Shown: piece by piece, positions 20,431 to 31,204 of the stretch
Position numbering within the stretch: position 1 is the stretch's first letter
How the letters are laid out: every line of letters starts with the position of its first letter
NCBI GenBank assembly: GCA_965277715.1
Contig: OZ255836.1
Span: 3,712,001 to 3,776,000 of the forward strand
Direction of reading: 5' to 3'
DNA length: 64,000 bases
Origin: Gammaproteobacteria bacterium
Lineage (GTDB): Bacteria; Pseudomonadota; Gammaproteobacteria; JBCCGL01
Program-made: the position numbers and the translations under genes
The notes under the pieces: generated by a model
Told to the model about the DNA's origin: nothing
Databases searched by the model: none
Seen by the model: only the letters and a program-made list of their open reading frames with translations

Positions 20431-20565
20431 TGAATGATGCCAACAACCACGCAACGCCCACCCTGCCCAAGCCCCCAAACCAATCCCCCGTGAGTCCTGG
20501 GATCATGCCCCCTGGAACCGCTGGACGTTTCAGATGCGGAATTTAGGATGATTAACTCTACGGCT

Positions 20566-20605
20566 CTGGACCCCATTGACTTGTGTGCAAGTCAATGGGG
20601 TCCAG
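20566..20605. repeat. Palindromic repeat family A, copy 2
   Basis: CTGGACCCCATTGACTTG-TGTG-CAAGTCAATGGGGTCCAG, a perfect 18-bp stem. Confidence 0.9.
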
Positions 20606-20724
20606 GTCATTCATCCACGAACGCCTAAGCCCGACAGGCGCCCAGAGGTTGTTTTCCCTGTACACGAAGATGAAAAATCGCGTAACAATAACCTCTGGGC
20701 CAAACCAGCGGGAATTACTGCTGA

Positions 20725-23598
20725 TTAATCAGATTCAATATAACTATCCAACGGCGGACAGGAACAGATCAGGTTTTTATCTCCCCAGGCGTTGTCGACA
20801 CGCCCTACCGGCGGCCAGTATTTGGCAATGTGTTGGTTGTCAGCGTAGGGGTAGGCGGCCATTCGACGGCTATAGGGTCTGTCCCAGTCATCGCTGAGCA
20901 GGTCTTCGGCGGTGTGGGGTGCGTTGCGCAAGGGGTTGTTTTCGGTGTCAAACTCGCCTTGTTCCACTTTGCTGAATTCGGCGTGGATGGACAGCATGGC
21001 TTCGCAGAAACGATCCAGTTCGTTTTGCGATTCGCTTTCTGTCGGTTCGATCATCAGGGTGCCAGGGACGGGAAAAGACATGGTGGGCGCGTGGAAGCCA
21101 TAGTCCATCAAACGCTTGGCGATGTCGTCTACGGTGATGCCGGCACGGTCTTTGAGTGGCCGTGTATCGAGAATACATTCGTGTGCCACCAGGCCGTTTT
21201 CACCTGTGTAGAGAATGCTGTAGTGTTGGCTGAGCCGGTGGGCGATGTAGTTGGCACTGAGTATTGCCACTTGCGTGGCTCGCTTTAAGCCCGCACCACC
21301 CATCATGCGCAGGTACATCCAGGTGATGGGCAGGATGCCCGCGCTACCCCACGGGGCCGCGCTGACGGCACCGCCACTGCGGGCACCATTGAGCAGTTGA
21401 TGCCCCGGCAGGAAGGGGGCGAGGTGTTTGCCGACACCAATTGGCCCGATACCGGGGCCACCCCCCCCGTGGGGGATGCTGAAGGTTTTGTGCAGGTTTA
21501 AATGCGAGACGTCGCCACCAAATTTACCGGGCGCTGTTACCCCCAGCATGGCGTTGAGGTTTGCCCCGTCGATATAGACCTGCCCACCTGTGGCGTGGAC
21601 GCGTTCACAGGCGTCGACGATGCCCGATTCGAATACCCCGTGGGTTGAGGGGTAGGTGATCATTACGGCGGCGATGCGGTCAGGGTATTGGTCAATTTTT
21701 GCCTGTAGATCGTCGAGGTCGATGTTGCCGTGTTCATCGCAGGCGGTGACGATGACGTTCATGCCCGCCATTTGTGCACTGGCCGGGTTGGTGCCGTGCG
21801 CAGAGGCGGGGATAAGACAAATGTCGCGGCCATGTTCACCCCGGCTTTCGTGGTAGCGTTTGATCGCCAGCAGGCCAGCGTACTCACCCTGGCTACCGGC
21901 GTTGGGCTGTAGTGACATGGCGTCGTAACCCGTGCACGCACAGAGCATGGCTTCCAGTTCATCAGCCATTTGCTGGTAGCCACGGCGTTGGTCGGCGGGG
22001 GCAAAAGGGTGCATATCGGCGAATTCCGGCCAACCCACGGGGGCCATTTCTGCGGCGGCATTGAGTTTCATGGTGCATGAGCCCAGCGGGATCATGGCGC
22101 GGTCCAGTGCGATGTCTTTGTCTGCCAGGTTGCGCAGGTAGCGCATCATCTCGGTTTCTGAGTGGTAGGTATTAAATGCCGGCTGGGTGAGGAAGGTATC
22201 GTTGCGGGTGTGGCTTGCAGGCAGGTTGGCGGCGGCGAGGGCTGTGGCGGGTGATAGGTGGCCACCAAATTCAGGCACAATGATGGCGGCAAGGGTGTTG
22301 ATGTCATCAAGTGTGCAGGTTTGATCGAGGGCAATACACACGCAGTGATCGCTATGGCGTTGTAGGTTGTAGCCCGCGCTGGCGGCGGCGCTTATCAGTG
22401 TATCGGTTTTGTCGTGGCTGTCGATGGCCACGGTGTCGAAATAGTGTGTGTGCCGCAGTGTGATGCCGTGCCCACTCAGCAGTTGGGCGAGGGTTGCCGC
22501 CAACTGGTGAGTTTGCCAGGCGATGGCCTGTAGGCCCTGGCGCCCGTGGTAGCAGGCAAATAAGGTCGCCAGTACCGCCAGTAATGCCTGGGCTGTGCAG
22601 ATATTTGATGTCGCTTTTTCCCGGCGGATATGTTGCTCGCGGGTTTGCAGCGCAAGCCGGTAGGCGGGGCGGCCCGCGCTATCCACGGACTCGCCGATGA
22701 GACGGCCTGGCATATTGCGTTTGAATTTGTCCCGGGTGGCAAAAAATGCAGCGTGCGGACCACCAAACCCCAGTGGAACGCCAAAGCGCTGTGAGTTGCC
22801 GACGACGACATCGGCGCCCAGTTTGCCGGGTGGTGTCAGTACGGTGAGTGCGAGAATATCGGCGGCCATAATCACCATTGCGCCATTGGCGTGGGCGCTG
22901 TCAATCAGGGGCTGGAAGTCGGTGACTGCACCATCGCACCCTGGGTATTGCAGCAGCACGGCAAAGGTGTCACCCCATTCTATATCGGTGCCCGTACTGG
23001 CCATTGGGTTCAGGTTTTCTATGTCTATATCAATGGGTGCAGCGCGGGTATTTAAAATATCGCGTGTTTGTGGCAGGCAGTTTGCGTCGACCAGCAAGCG
23101 CCGCCGTTTGCCACGCAGGGCGCGGTGGCACAGGGCCATTGCCTCTGCCGCTGCTGTGCCCTCGTCGAGCATTGAGGCGTTGGCGATGTCCATCCCGGTC
23201 AGTTCGGTGATGAGTGTCTGGAAGTAAAACAGTACTTCCAGGCGGCCTTGCGAGATTTCCGGTTGGTAGGGGGTGTAGGCAGTATACCAGCCAGGGTTTT
23301 CGAGTACGTTGCGTTTGATTACCTGGGGCACGTAGCAGCCGCTATAGCCCTGGCCAATCAGTGGCTTTTTGAGGGTATTCTGTTCGGCGATGGCACGCAG
23401 TGCCGCCAGCGCAGCCTCTTCGGATAAGCCCGCCGGTAAATCGAGCGGTTCTGGCTGGGCAATGTTTTGTGGAACCACCGCATCGCTGAGGGCATCGAGC
23501 GAATCGTAGCCAAGCGTGGCGAGCATGGCATCGATTTGTTGTTGGTTGGGGCCGATATGACGGGCAACAAAAGGGGACAACACAGCTTCAGCGGACAT
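20725..23598 (-). CDS. gcvP: Glycine dehydrogenase (decarboxylating), P protein
   Basis: [41 protein letters not shown] and SHLNLHKTF. 957 aa. Confidence 0.98.
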   Translation of the reverse strand: MSAEAVLSPFVARHIGPNQQQIDAMLATLGYDSLDALSDAVVPQNIAQPEPLDLPAGLSEEAALAALRAIAEQNTLKKPLIGQGYSGCYVPQVIKRNVLENPGWYTAYTPYQPEISQGRLEVLFYFQTLITELTGMDIANASMLDEGTAAAEAMALCHRALRGKRRRLLVDANCLPQTRDILNTRAAPIDIDIENLNPMASTGTDIEWGDTFAVLLQYPGCDGAVTDFQPLIDSAHANGAMVIMAADILALTVLTPPGKLGADVVVGNSQRFGVPLGFGGPHAAFFATRDKFKRNMPGRLIGESVDSAGRPAYRLALQTREQHIRREKATSNICTAQALLAVLATLFACYHGRQGLQAIAWQTHQLAATLAQLLSGHGITLRHTHYFDTVAIDSHDKTDTLISAAASAGYNLQRHSDHCVCIALDQTCTLDDINTLAAIIVPEFGGHLSPATALAAANLPASHTRNDTFLTQPAFNTYHSETEMMRYLRNLADKDIALDRAMIPLGSCTMKLNAAAEMAPVGWPEFADMHPFAPADQRRGYQQMADELEAMLCACTGYDAMSLQPNAGSQGEYAGLLAIKRYHESRGEHGRDICLIPASAHGTNPASAQMAGMNVIVTACDEHGNIDLDDLQAKIDQYPDRIAAVMITYPSTHGVFESGIVDACERVHATGGQVYIDGANLNAMLGVTAPGKFGGDVSHLNLHKTFSIPHGGGGPGIGPIGVGKHLAPFLPGHQLLNGARSGGAVSAAPWGSAGILPITWMYLRMMGGAGLKRATQVAILSANYIAHRLSQHYSILYTGENGLVAHECILDTRPLKDRAGITVDDIAKRLMDYGFHAPTMSFPVPGTLMIEPTESESQNELDRFCEAMLSIHAEFSKVEQGEFDTENNPLRNAPHTAEDLLSDDWDRPYSRRMAAYPYADNQHIAKYWPPVGRVDNAWGDKNLICSCPPLDSYIESD

Positions 23599-23732
23599 TC
23601 AGTTCCTCCAGGGGTAACCCATAGTAGTGTTTGGGTTAGTTTTTTTAATGGGCAGTGGTTTGCGGGTATTCTCAAGCACACGCGTTATGCGTCAGTTGGT
23701 GATTGCATCAGATTAAATCCGGCAAGCTAAAC

Positions 23733-23753
23733 CGGGAAAACACTGTTTTCCCG
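23733..23753 (-). terminator. Hairpin between gcvH and gcvP
   Basis: CGGGAAAACA-C-TGTTTTCCCG inverted repeat. Confidence 0.4.
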
Positions 23754-23796
23754 ATTTATACCGGTGAGTAAAGGTCTCTCTAATTTTGGTGATGCA

Positions 23797-24186
23797 CTAT
23801 TCTTCTGAGGCGACAAAGTCCTCGTAGGCGTCGGCATCCATCAATGTTTCGACTTGGGTGCCATCGTCTGGTTCCATGCTGTAGATCCAACCGGTATCGT
23901 AGGGGTCTGTGTTGATCAGTTCTGGCTCATCGGTCAGCTCTCCGTTGGCATCGACGATTTTACCCCCCATCGGGGCGTAAATATCTGAGGCGGCTTTGAC
24001 TGATTCGACAACACCCAGTGCCTCACCGGCGGCAAATGTTGCGTCGATTTCGGGGGTTTCGACAAATACCAGATCGCCAAGCTGCTCTTGCGCGTGCTCG
24101 GTAATGCCGATGGTGATGGTGCCGTCGTCGTTGGCGCGCACCCATTCGTGTGATTGTGTGTAACGTAAATCGGATGGATAAGACAT
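23797..24186 (-). CDS. gcvH: Glycine cleavage H protein
   Basis: SHEW, GITEHAQEQLGD and the lipoyl motif VESVKAASD. Confidence 0.97.
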   Translation of the reverse strand: MSYPSDLRYTQSHEWVRANDDGTITIGITEHAQEQLGDLVFVETPEIDATFAAGEALGVVESVKAASDIYAPMGGKIVDANGELTDEPELINTDPYDTGWIYSMEPDDGTQVETLMDADAYEDFVASEE

Positions 24187-24235
24187 TTTCTCTCCCAGTT
24201 ATAGTGGACCCGTTATAAAATTCCGGGCTGTAAGG

Positions 24236-25321
24236 TCAGACGCATGCCCGACCATTTTTGACAAACGGATAATTGACCACGCGTGCCGCTATTGGTTTAC
24301 CGCGAATATCCACTGCGCAGTGGTGTTCGACGGCTGTATCGACCCGCGCCAGGGCAATTGTGGCGCCCAGCGTGGGTGAAAAGGTGCCACTGGTGACCTC
24401 ACCCGCCGGGGCGCCATTAAGCAGTACAGCCTGATGGCTGCGCAATACTCCCCGGCCTTCGAGCATCAAACCTACCAGCTTTTTGTCGATGCCTTGATCG
24501 AGCTGCGCCTGTAGTGCTGCCCGGCCAGTGAACAGGCGCGTTGCTGGTTGCATGGCGACTGTCCAGCTTAGCCCTGAGATCAGTGGTGAGGTTTGCTCGT
24601 CCAGGTCGTTGCCGTACAGTGCCATTCCGGCCTCCAGACGCAGGGTGTCACGGGCGCCGAGGCCAATAGGGGCCACTCCGAGCGCAGCGAGTTTTTGCCA
24701 TATGTCGACTACTTCGGTTTCTGGTATCACCAGTTCATAGCCGTCTTCACCTGTGTAACCTGTGCGTGCGACAAACCAATTGCCCTGTGCTGCGGCTGAG
24801 AACCGGGTGAGTTGCTGTACTGGGTCAAGTAGCGCTTGCGGGATGAGCTTTTGTGTCAGTGCGCAGGCTTGAGGCCCTTGCACAGCAATCATGGCAACGC
24901 CGGTTTTCTGCTGGGCGTTGACGTCAAATGTGGCGGATTGTTGCGCGATCCAGGCGAGGTCTTTGGCGCGGGTGGCGGCGTTGACGATGAGGCGGTACTG
25001 GTTGTCGGCCATAAAATAGACGATCAGGTCATCGATAACACCACCGGTTTCATTGAGCATGCAGCTATACAGCGCCTTGCCAGGCACAGTGAGTTTGCCA
25101 ATGTCATTGGCCAGCAGTTGGCGAAGGAAGTCGGCGGCCTGGGGGCCGTGTATATCGACCACGGTCATATGTGACACATCGAACATGCCGGCATGGCGGC
25201 GTACAGCATGGTGTTCTTCTATTTGGGAGCCGTAGTGAACGGGCATATCCCAGCCTGAAAAGTCCACCATCTTTGCCCCCATTTCCCGGTGGGCCTGGTT
25301 GAGTGGTGTTTGTTGGGTCAT
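24236..25321 (-). CDS. gcvT: Glycine cleavage T protein (aminomethyltransferase)
   Basis: WDMPVHY, FDVSHM, RTGYTGEDGYE and GLGARDTLRLEAG. Start at MTQQTP. Confidence 0.97.
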   Translation of the reverse strand: MTQQTPLNQAHREMGAKMVDFSGWDMPVHYGSQIEEHHAVRRHAGMFDVSHMTVVDIHGPQAADFLRQLLANDIGKLTVPGKALYSCMLNETGGVIDDLIVYFMADNQYRLIVNAATRAKDLAWIAQQSATFDVNAQQKTGVAMIAVQGPQACALTQKLIPQALLDPVQQLTRFSAAAQGNWFVARTGYTGEDGYELVIPETEVVDIWQKLAALGVAPIGLGARDTLRLEAGMALYGNDLDEQTSPLISGLSWTVAMQPATRLFTGRAALQAQLDQGIDKKLVGLMLEGRGVLRSHQAVLLNGAPAGEVTSGTFSPTLGATIALARVDTAVEHHCAVDIRGKPIAARVVNYPFVKNGRACV

Positions 25322-25374
25322 TGGTTTATCAGCTCCGCAATACAAAAGTTAGCCACCAACGAAAGCTGGCGGCG

Positions 25375-25565
25375 CCCCTCTGTCCGGTTACCTGAGAGAT
25401 TGAGACAGGTAGCCTGTCTTTTCCCCGTTGGCGGACACTGTCGTGCCACTCTCCAGAGCCGACGATACTGTTGATGGTCCATTTGCCTGAGCGTTTCCGG
25501 GCGGGTTGCGCCTTCGGCGTTCTGATGTGCGCAATAAGCGTTTTTCAGAAACTCTCCCATCAAGT
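25375..25565 (-). promoter_or_regulatory. Tandem glycine riboswitch
   Basis: Two aptamers directly upstream of gcvT on the minus strand: GGAGAG...CGCCGAAGGCGCAA...CGCTCAGGCAAATGGACC and CTCTGGAGAG...CGCCAACGGGG...CTCTCAGGTAACCGGACAGAG. Confidence 0.93.
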
Positions 25566-25644
25566 ATCAATGTCGAGGCGTATAATATAATCTAGTCTTC
25601 GATAAATACCAAGCTTGACCGCCTGGTACAGGCATAGAAATATT

Positions 25645-26976
25645 ATGATAAAACGAATACTTGCCACTTTAAATCTCATGGTGCTGGGTCTCGCCATTGC
25701 ATTACAGCCTGCGCAGGCGTCAGGTTTACAATTTACCCTGCACAAACTGCAGTCGGGAAAGCCGGGGCCGACGCTATTGGTTATTGGTGGAATACAGGGT
25801 GATGAGCCGGGTGGGTTTACGGCGGCTTCTCTGTTGGTCACCGACTACCGCGCACAGTCCGGTGAAGTATGGGTTGTGCCCAATTTGAATTTTGAGAGCA
25901 TTATTAAACGCTCACGGGGCGTGCATGGCGATATGAATAGGAAGTTCTCTTCCATTTCAGCCAAAGACCCGGAATACCAGACGATAGAAAAAATCAAATC
26001 GATTATTACTCACCCGCAGGTGGATTTGATATTGAATCTTCACGATGGTAGTGGTTTTTATAATCCCCGCTATATTGATAAACAGGAAAACGCCAGGCGG
26101 TGGGGTCAGTGCATTGTTATTGACCAGGAATCGATAAAGGCAGAAAAACACGGTGATATGGCGCAGCTCGCCCGGCGTGCAATGGCTAAGGTCAACCGAC
26201 ACACTAACGATTCAAAGATGCAGTTTGCTTTGAAAAATACCCACACCAGTGATGGCAATAAAGAAATGGAAAAGACGTTAACGTATTTTGCTATCAAAAA
26301 TGGTAAACCGGCGATGGGTGTCGAGGCGAGCAAAAAATATCCAACACATCAACGTACACTGCAACATCTGCTCATTGTCGAGTCGATAATGGATGAGATC
26401 GGTATTGCGTATTCGAGAAATTTTCAGTTGAGCGGTAAGACGATTAAAGCCAAGTTGGGTAAGGATATACAGTTGGCGTTATATGATAAGAAAGTGTTAT
26501 TTGATTTGGGTGTGCCGCGTAAAAAAATCCGTTTTGTGCCGATGAAAAAGCGTTCGCCGGTTGAGTTTACCGCTAACAATCCTCTGGTGGCTTTGGTGGG
26601 GGGAGGCTCGCGTTATAAAGTTCGGTACGGTAATCGCAGTGTGACTACGCTGGACCCAGAGTATTTTGATTATGACGATTCGCTGCAAAAGGTGACGTTT
26701 ACTATCGATGGGGAGCAGCGGAGGGTGCCGCTTGGTACGGTGGTTGATGTGCATGAGAGTTTTTCCGTGGCGCCATTGCCCGGTCGGCGGGTGAATGTTA
26801 TCGGGTATAAACACGCCACTCTGCGTAATGAGGTGGGGGTTACTATCCGCCAACATCAAATTAGTGCGCGGTTTTCGGTTGATAAGCAGGCCAGTCGTTA
26901 TCGGGTTGAGTTTTATAAGGGTAAGCGGTATAGCGGTATGGTGTTGGTTAATTTTCCGAGTAAGCAGAATGTTTGA
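25645..26976 (+). CDS. M99 family peptidoglycan DL-carboxypeptidase (Pgp1/Csd4-like)
   Basis: Signal peptide, GGIQGDEPGG, VPNLN, GDMNRKF, LHDGSGFY, WGQCIVIDQ, LTYFAI and EASK. Confidence 0.85.
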   Translation: MIKRILATLNLMVLGLAIALQPAQASGLQFTLHKLQSGKPGPTLLVIGGIQGDEPGGFTAASLLVTDYRAQSGEVWVVPNLNFESIIKRSRGVHGDMNRKFSSISAKDPEYQTIEKIKSIITHPQVDLILNLHDGSGFYNPRYIDKQENARRWGQCIVIDQESIKAEKHGDMAQLARRAMAKVNRHTNDSKMQFALKNTHTSDGNKEMEKTLTYFAIKNGKPAMGVEASKKYPTHQRTLQHLLIVESIMDEIGIAYSRNFQLSGKTIKAKLGKDIQLALYDKKVLFDLGVPRKKIRFVPMKKRSPVEFTANNPLVALVGGGSRYKVRYGNRSVTTLDPEYFDYDDSLQKVTFTIDGEQRRVPLGTVVDVHESFSVAPLPGRRVNVIGYKHATLRNEVGVTIRQHQISARFSVDKQASRYRVEFYKGKRYSGMVLVNFPSKQNV

Positions 26977-26983
26977 TACGGTA

Positions 26984-27033
26984 GTACGCCAACTGTTTCT
27001 GTGGAATGCAGATTGACGCTAATTGCTGATGCA
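26984..27033. repeat. Intergenic repeat family B, copy 1
   Basis: GTACGCCAACTGTTTCTGTGGAATGCAGATTGACGCTAATTGCTGATGCA. Matches 31553-31599 and, inverted, 36537-36569. Confidence 0.8.
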
Positions 27034-27072
27034 CGTGGTTATATCTCTGATGGATTGCTTAAGGGGAGGGGG

Positions 27073-28689
27073 TTACAATTTTTCCACATACGGTGTCATT
27101 GCACGCCAGTTAAACAGGGGTGATGCCGCACGAATGACGGTGCTTTGCCGGGTGAATTTTTCGGCCAGGGCTCGCGGGGCAGTGTCGGGGCCACCGAATG
27201 CCGCAAACATTTCGTATTCAGAACCAGCGCTTTTTTCACCGCCAATAAATACGGAACCAGATGCCTCGCAGAGGGTGTGTAGTGTGCGTAAGAATTGGTC
27301 GCGCTGTTTGTGAATGTACTCGACAGTGCGCACGTAAAGTGCCTCATCGTCACAGGCAAATGTGATGCGGTTGTGGGGGTCGACCCCAACGGGGTTGAGG
27401 TGGCCGTATACTAAAATTTCACCGTGTAAACCGGCTGTTTCGGCAAAGAAGGCCTGTACTGAGTCGACATAGTGTTGGTTGGCTTTCCATAACGCTCTCA
27501 TTGTGTTTTCGACACATTCAGGGTTTAAGCGAATGTTGGCATCGGTATGCCCTTTGTATACGTGCGCGCCCTGGGGCGCCTGGGTGCGCGCCGCAAATGG
27601 AACGCCCTCGCGCACGGCGCGCATTTGCCCGGGGTCGTTAAAAATTTCAGTGTGTTCGAGGTTGATGCCCGCGATGGTGTATTCCTCTGTGTCAGTATCG
27701 TCGACTAGGTTGAGTAAAAAGGCATCAGCGGGCAGGTCACTGTAGCCGTTGACGAAGATCAATCCGTCGGCCCCCGCCGCTTCGCAGTTGTGCAGTAGTT
27801 GTACAGCGTGCCGGGTCAATGCGTTGTCACCACTGCGCAGAAACGGCTGCATTGAAGCGATGGTGATGTGTTCCAATCCGAGGATTAGATCCCTGCCACC
27901 TGTGTGAGACAGCACGTCGCCATCTTGGCATTGCAGGTAGGCATAAGGCGAGAAGTGCTGTAACAGGCGCGCCAGGCTGGCGGGAGCGTTGTTTACCGGG
28001 ATGGCAAAGGCAATTTCGACGGCGGGTAGCGCTATATATTCACACTTAACTGCCGACACTAACCCTGTCCAGCCGTAAGTGCCCGCGTAAGCGTCGAGTG
28101 ATGCACCTTGGATGCGGGTCGTTTTTTCGCCGTCGTGTAGCGCGATTTCACGCACACTATCACTGAAATAACGCCTTTGCGGACCCATACCGCCTGTCAT
28201 AAAGGTCGCGCCGACTTGCGCGTAGGTGTAACTGGTCAGGTCTGCGCCCAGTACTTTGAACTGTGCGCCGAGTGCGTTGGCGAGTGCCTGGTTAAGTTGG
28301 TCCAGTGTAATGGCGCTACCGGCGTAGATGTGTTTTTGCTGTTCATCGATAACAATTTCATCCAATGACAAGCAGGTAATATCGGGGGCGCTGGCATGTC
28401 GGATGCGCGGCTTGGGAGTGGCGCTGAGGTGTACGCCGACGATAGGGCTGTTTGCAGGGGCGTCTACCTGGAATACGCCCGCACCACCGGATGTTCCCGA
28501 TAAAGGTAACAGGCGGGTATTGGGGCCGTGGAGGTGTTTTATGCCGGCAATTGTGTCGGCCAGTGCATCGCCCTTTAATGCATAGGCGCAATCGAGTGTG
28601 ATGGGGTTGTTTTCGCCGTCGACGATGTGCGTGTTCAGGGGGTGTAGTTTTGCGGGCAAGGTGACTGTTCTCTCAGGGTCTGTTTGCAC
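27073..28689 (-). CDS. Divergent FAD-binding (PCMH/VAO-type) oxidoreductase
   Basis: AGSAITLDQLN, DLTS..AQVGATFMTGGMG, GTYGWTGLVS and YGHL. Confidence 0.65.
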   Translation of the reverse strand: MQTDPERTVTLPAKLHPLNTHIVDGENNPITLDCAYALKGDALADTIAGIKHLHGPNTRLLPLSGTSGGAGVFQVDAPANSPIVGVHLSATPKPRIRHASAPDITCLSLDEIVIDEQQKHIYAGSAITLDQLNQALANALGAQFKVLGADLTSYTYAQVGATFMTGGMGPQRRYFSDSVREIALHDGEKTTRIQGASLDAYAGTYGWTGLVSAVKCEYIALPAVEIAFAIPVNNAPASLARLLQHFSPYAYLQCQDGDVLSHTGGRDLILGLEHITIASMQPFLRSGDNALTRHAVQLLHNCEAAGADGLIFVNGYSDLPADAFLLNLVDDTDTEEYTIAGINLEHTEIFNDPGQMRAVREGVPFAARTQAPQGAHVYKGHTDANIRLNPECVENTMRALWKANQHYVDSVQAFFAETAGLHGEILVYGHLNPVGVDPHNRITFACDDEALYVRTVEYIHKQRDQFLRTLHTLCEASGSVFIGGEKSAGSEYEMFAAFGGPDTAPRALAEKFTRQSTVIRAASPLFNWRAMTPYVEKL

Positions 28690-28738
28690 TAATGTTGATG
28701 GGTAAAAATAGTAAAGGTGTATTACTCTTCGCTTCGGC

Positions 28739-29062
28739 TTAACTGACTTCCACCAGGCTGGATATCCCTGTTTTTTGATGCGCCAGTATATGGCAGTGGA
28801 ACATCCACTTTCCAGGGGTATCGGTGACCAGCCCTATCTCAATCACTTCTTCAGGTGAGGTGATAACGGTATCCTTATATTCACCGTAGGGGCTGGGCTT
28901 GCCATTGCGGCTGAGTACGTGAAAGTAGTGGCTGTGAAGGTGCATGGGGTGTCGAAACCGGCTGCGGTTGTGTAGGTGTAGAATATAAGATTGGTTTCTC
29001 TTCAACCGCAAAATGGGCGGCATTGCATGTGTATCACTCACCACGTCATTGATCGCCCACAT
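28739..29062 (-). pseudogene. Multicopper oxidase C-terminal fragment
   Basis: HPMHLHSH and WMFHCHILAH copper motifs. No N-terminal cupredoxin domains or signal peptide. Confidence 0.75.
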
Positions 29063-29155
29063 TTTCCCTTGCTGAATAAGGTTGCGAATAGTGGTTTGCT
29101 AATATCGGTTGATTGGGGGTGGACGATGTATGCTGAATAGATTACTTAGGTCGAA

Positions 29156-30010
29156 ATGAACAGAGATAACCCGGTAGATCCGGTATTAGAGAAAGGCTAT
29201 AACGTGCGGTTGTTGCGCGACGATTTCCCCCAGATCGCCGAAGGCTGGGCAGCGCGTAGTGCGGCATTGCGGGCGCATGTCGATGCGCAGTTGGATTGTG
29301 TGTACGGCGCAGGCCCGTGTGACAAGCTCGATGTGTTTCGCTGTGGCGAAGTCGATGCACCGTTGTTTGTTTTTATTCATGGAGGATATTGGCAGCGTGG
29401 GGATAAGTCGATGTATAGCTTTATTGCCGAAGCATTTATCGATAGCGGCGTCGATGTGGCATTAATTGGTTATCCATTGTGTCCGGATATCAGTATGAGC
29501 TCGCTGGTAGAGAGGATACGTACAGCGATTAGCTGGTTGTATCGCAATGCGGTGCGGCTGGGCGTGTCTGCGCAGCGTATCAATGTGTCCGGCCATTCGG
29601 CAGGTGGGCATTTGACCGCCATGATGCTCGTCACTCAGTGGCGTGGTATTGCACAAGATTTACCGGGTGATTTGGTTAAATCGGGCATACCGATTAGTGG
29701 TTTATACCGGCTGGCACCGCTGTGCCAAACGACAATTAATGATGCGTTGGGGATGGATACCAGCGAGGCGCAGGCGATTAGTCCGCAGTTTTTACTCCCT
29801 GGGGGAAATGCGCCAGTACTGGCGGTGTTGGGGGGTGCCGAGACGTTGCAGTTTCACCAGCAGACGGATCAATTTGTCGATCAGTGGCGGGATTATATAA
29901 TGCCGTTGGAAAAATATATTGAGCCGGGGGTCGATCACTTCGATGTGATTAATCGTCTGTCTTGTGTCGATAGTGATGTTTTTACAAAAGTACGTGAGTG
30001 GTTGTGTTAA
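29156..30010 (+). CDS. Alpha/beta hydrolase, arylformamidase (kynurenine formamidase)-like
   Basis: FIHGGYWQ, GHSAGGHL, ISGLY and DHF motifs. Confidence 0.88.
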   Translation: MNRDNPVDPVLEKGYNVRLLRDDFPQIAEGWAARSAALRAHVDAQLDCVYGAGPCDKLDVFRCGEVDAPLFVFIHGGYWQRGDKSMYSFIAEAFIDSGVDVALIGYPLCPDISMSSLVERIRTAISWLYRNAVRLGVSAQRINVSGHSAGGHLTAMMLVTQWRGIAQDLPGDLVKSGIPISGLYRLAPLCQTTINDALGMDTSEAQAISPQFLLPGGNAPVLAVLGGAETLQFHQQTDQFVDQWRDYIMPLEKYIEPGVDHFDVINRLSCVDSDVFTKVREWLC

Positions 30011-30048
30011 TGCCACGAGGAAATCTCTACTGCTCCATCAGCTTTTAA

Positions 30049-30076
30049 CCTAAATTCCGCAGTAGATTCAACTAGG
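30049..30076. repeat. Repeat family D fragment (CCTAAATTCCGCAGTAGATTCAACT)
   Basis: Shares CGCAGTAGATTCAACT with 59512-59541. The complementary arm GCGGAATTTAGG occurs at about 20536. Confidence 0.6.
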
Positions 30077-30147
30077 GTGAAAAAGGGTCGCTATCGGTTC
30101 GTTTACGGTGATTAAGAATACCTTTCCTGGAGCGCACTGAACTATCA

Positions 30148-31134
30148 TTAAGTGCCGACTCCCTTGGTGGCATTTTCAGTATTGTTCACTGTTGTGTTAT
30201 GCCTATTCAAATTGGGTATTACTAATACCATCGCCAGCGCTGAACAGATCAATACTAATGAGGCAAATTCCCGCCAACCCACTGCCTCTGATAGCAATAG
30301 GCTACTGGAATAAATGCCGATTACCGGCACCATTAATGTACCAATTGCGGCAATCGCTGCGGGAAAAAGGTGCACTACTTTTAGATAAGCCCACTGGCAG
30401 AATGTCATCGGGAAAATATAGACATAGGCGAGCGCAAGCCATACGGGGTCGCTGAAGGTGGAGATGGCGGGAAAGGGTTCCAGTAATACGGCGCCTATCG
30501 ACAAAGGCACTGCACCGATAAGTAATTGCCAGCCAATATTGCTGGCAACCGGGATATCCCAGCTGCCGCGTTTGAATAATACTGTGCCCAGCGCCCAGCC
30601 CAATGCGGCAATTAACATGCACAGTGGCCCCAGAGGTGTTTGTTTTAATATGAGTAAATCAGGCCCAATCAGTACTGCCAGACCCAACAATCCCATTAAT
30701 AACGCGCACACTTTGGTATAAGTAATCGATTCGTTGAGTAGCCAGGCGGAGAATAGTGTTGCCCATACTGGCATGGTAAAGGCGATGATTGAGGCGCGAC
30801 CGGCGGGCATAAGTGAGACGCCGTAGGCGGAAAATATTTGCCAACAGCACACGTTAAATAAGGCGCAGACAACAATGGGCCATATTTCTTTTGTGTGCAT
30901 ACGCCAGCGGTTACCAGCGGTGGTCGATAACACCAGTAGTGCCACGCCACCAAAAACCAGGCAGGATGCGCGAAACCACCATACGGGGACTTCCGATACG
31001 ATAATTTTCATACCGGGCCAGTTCAGTCCCCAAAAGAGTGAAATTGCCGCGAGTAGTAAAAAGCCGGTTTTTGGTAGGGTTGTCGATGCAGTGCTGATAA
31101 GGTAACTCCTCTGTGGTGATCGTATGGCAGGCAT
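30148..31134 (-). CDS. DMT/EamA family transporter
   Basis: WGLNWP..K, GRASIIAFTMPVW and about 10 hydrophobic segments. Confidence 0.9.
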   Translation of the reverse strand: MPAIRSPQRSYLISTASTTLPKTGFLLLAAISLFWGLNWPGMKIIVSEVPVWWFRASCLVFGGVALLVLSTTAGNRWRMHTKEIWPIVVCALFNVCCWQIFSAYGVSLMPAGRASIIAFTMPVWATLFSAWLLNESITYTKVCALLMGLLGLAVLIGPDLLILKQTPLGPLCMLIAALGWALGTVLFKRGSWDIPVASNIGWQLLIGAVPLSIGAVLLEPFPAISTFSDPVWLALAYVYIFPMTFCQWAYLKVVHLFPAAIAAIGTLMVPVIGIYSSSLLLSEAVGWREFASLVLICSALAMVLVIPNLNRHNTTVNNTENATKGVGT

Positions 31135-31204
31135 TAGTGCCCCGTCAACGTTGAATTGATGGGGTATTCGTTTTAATCAATTGGCTTTGGTGGCCTTGCA
31201 GGTA

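Noticed and set aside
25305-25325. Match between the gcvT start (CAATGACCCAACAA) and the potA tandem repeat
   Set aside because: A single 14-bp match, plausibly chance, with no mechanism to support it.
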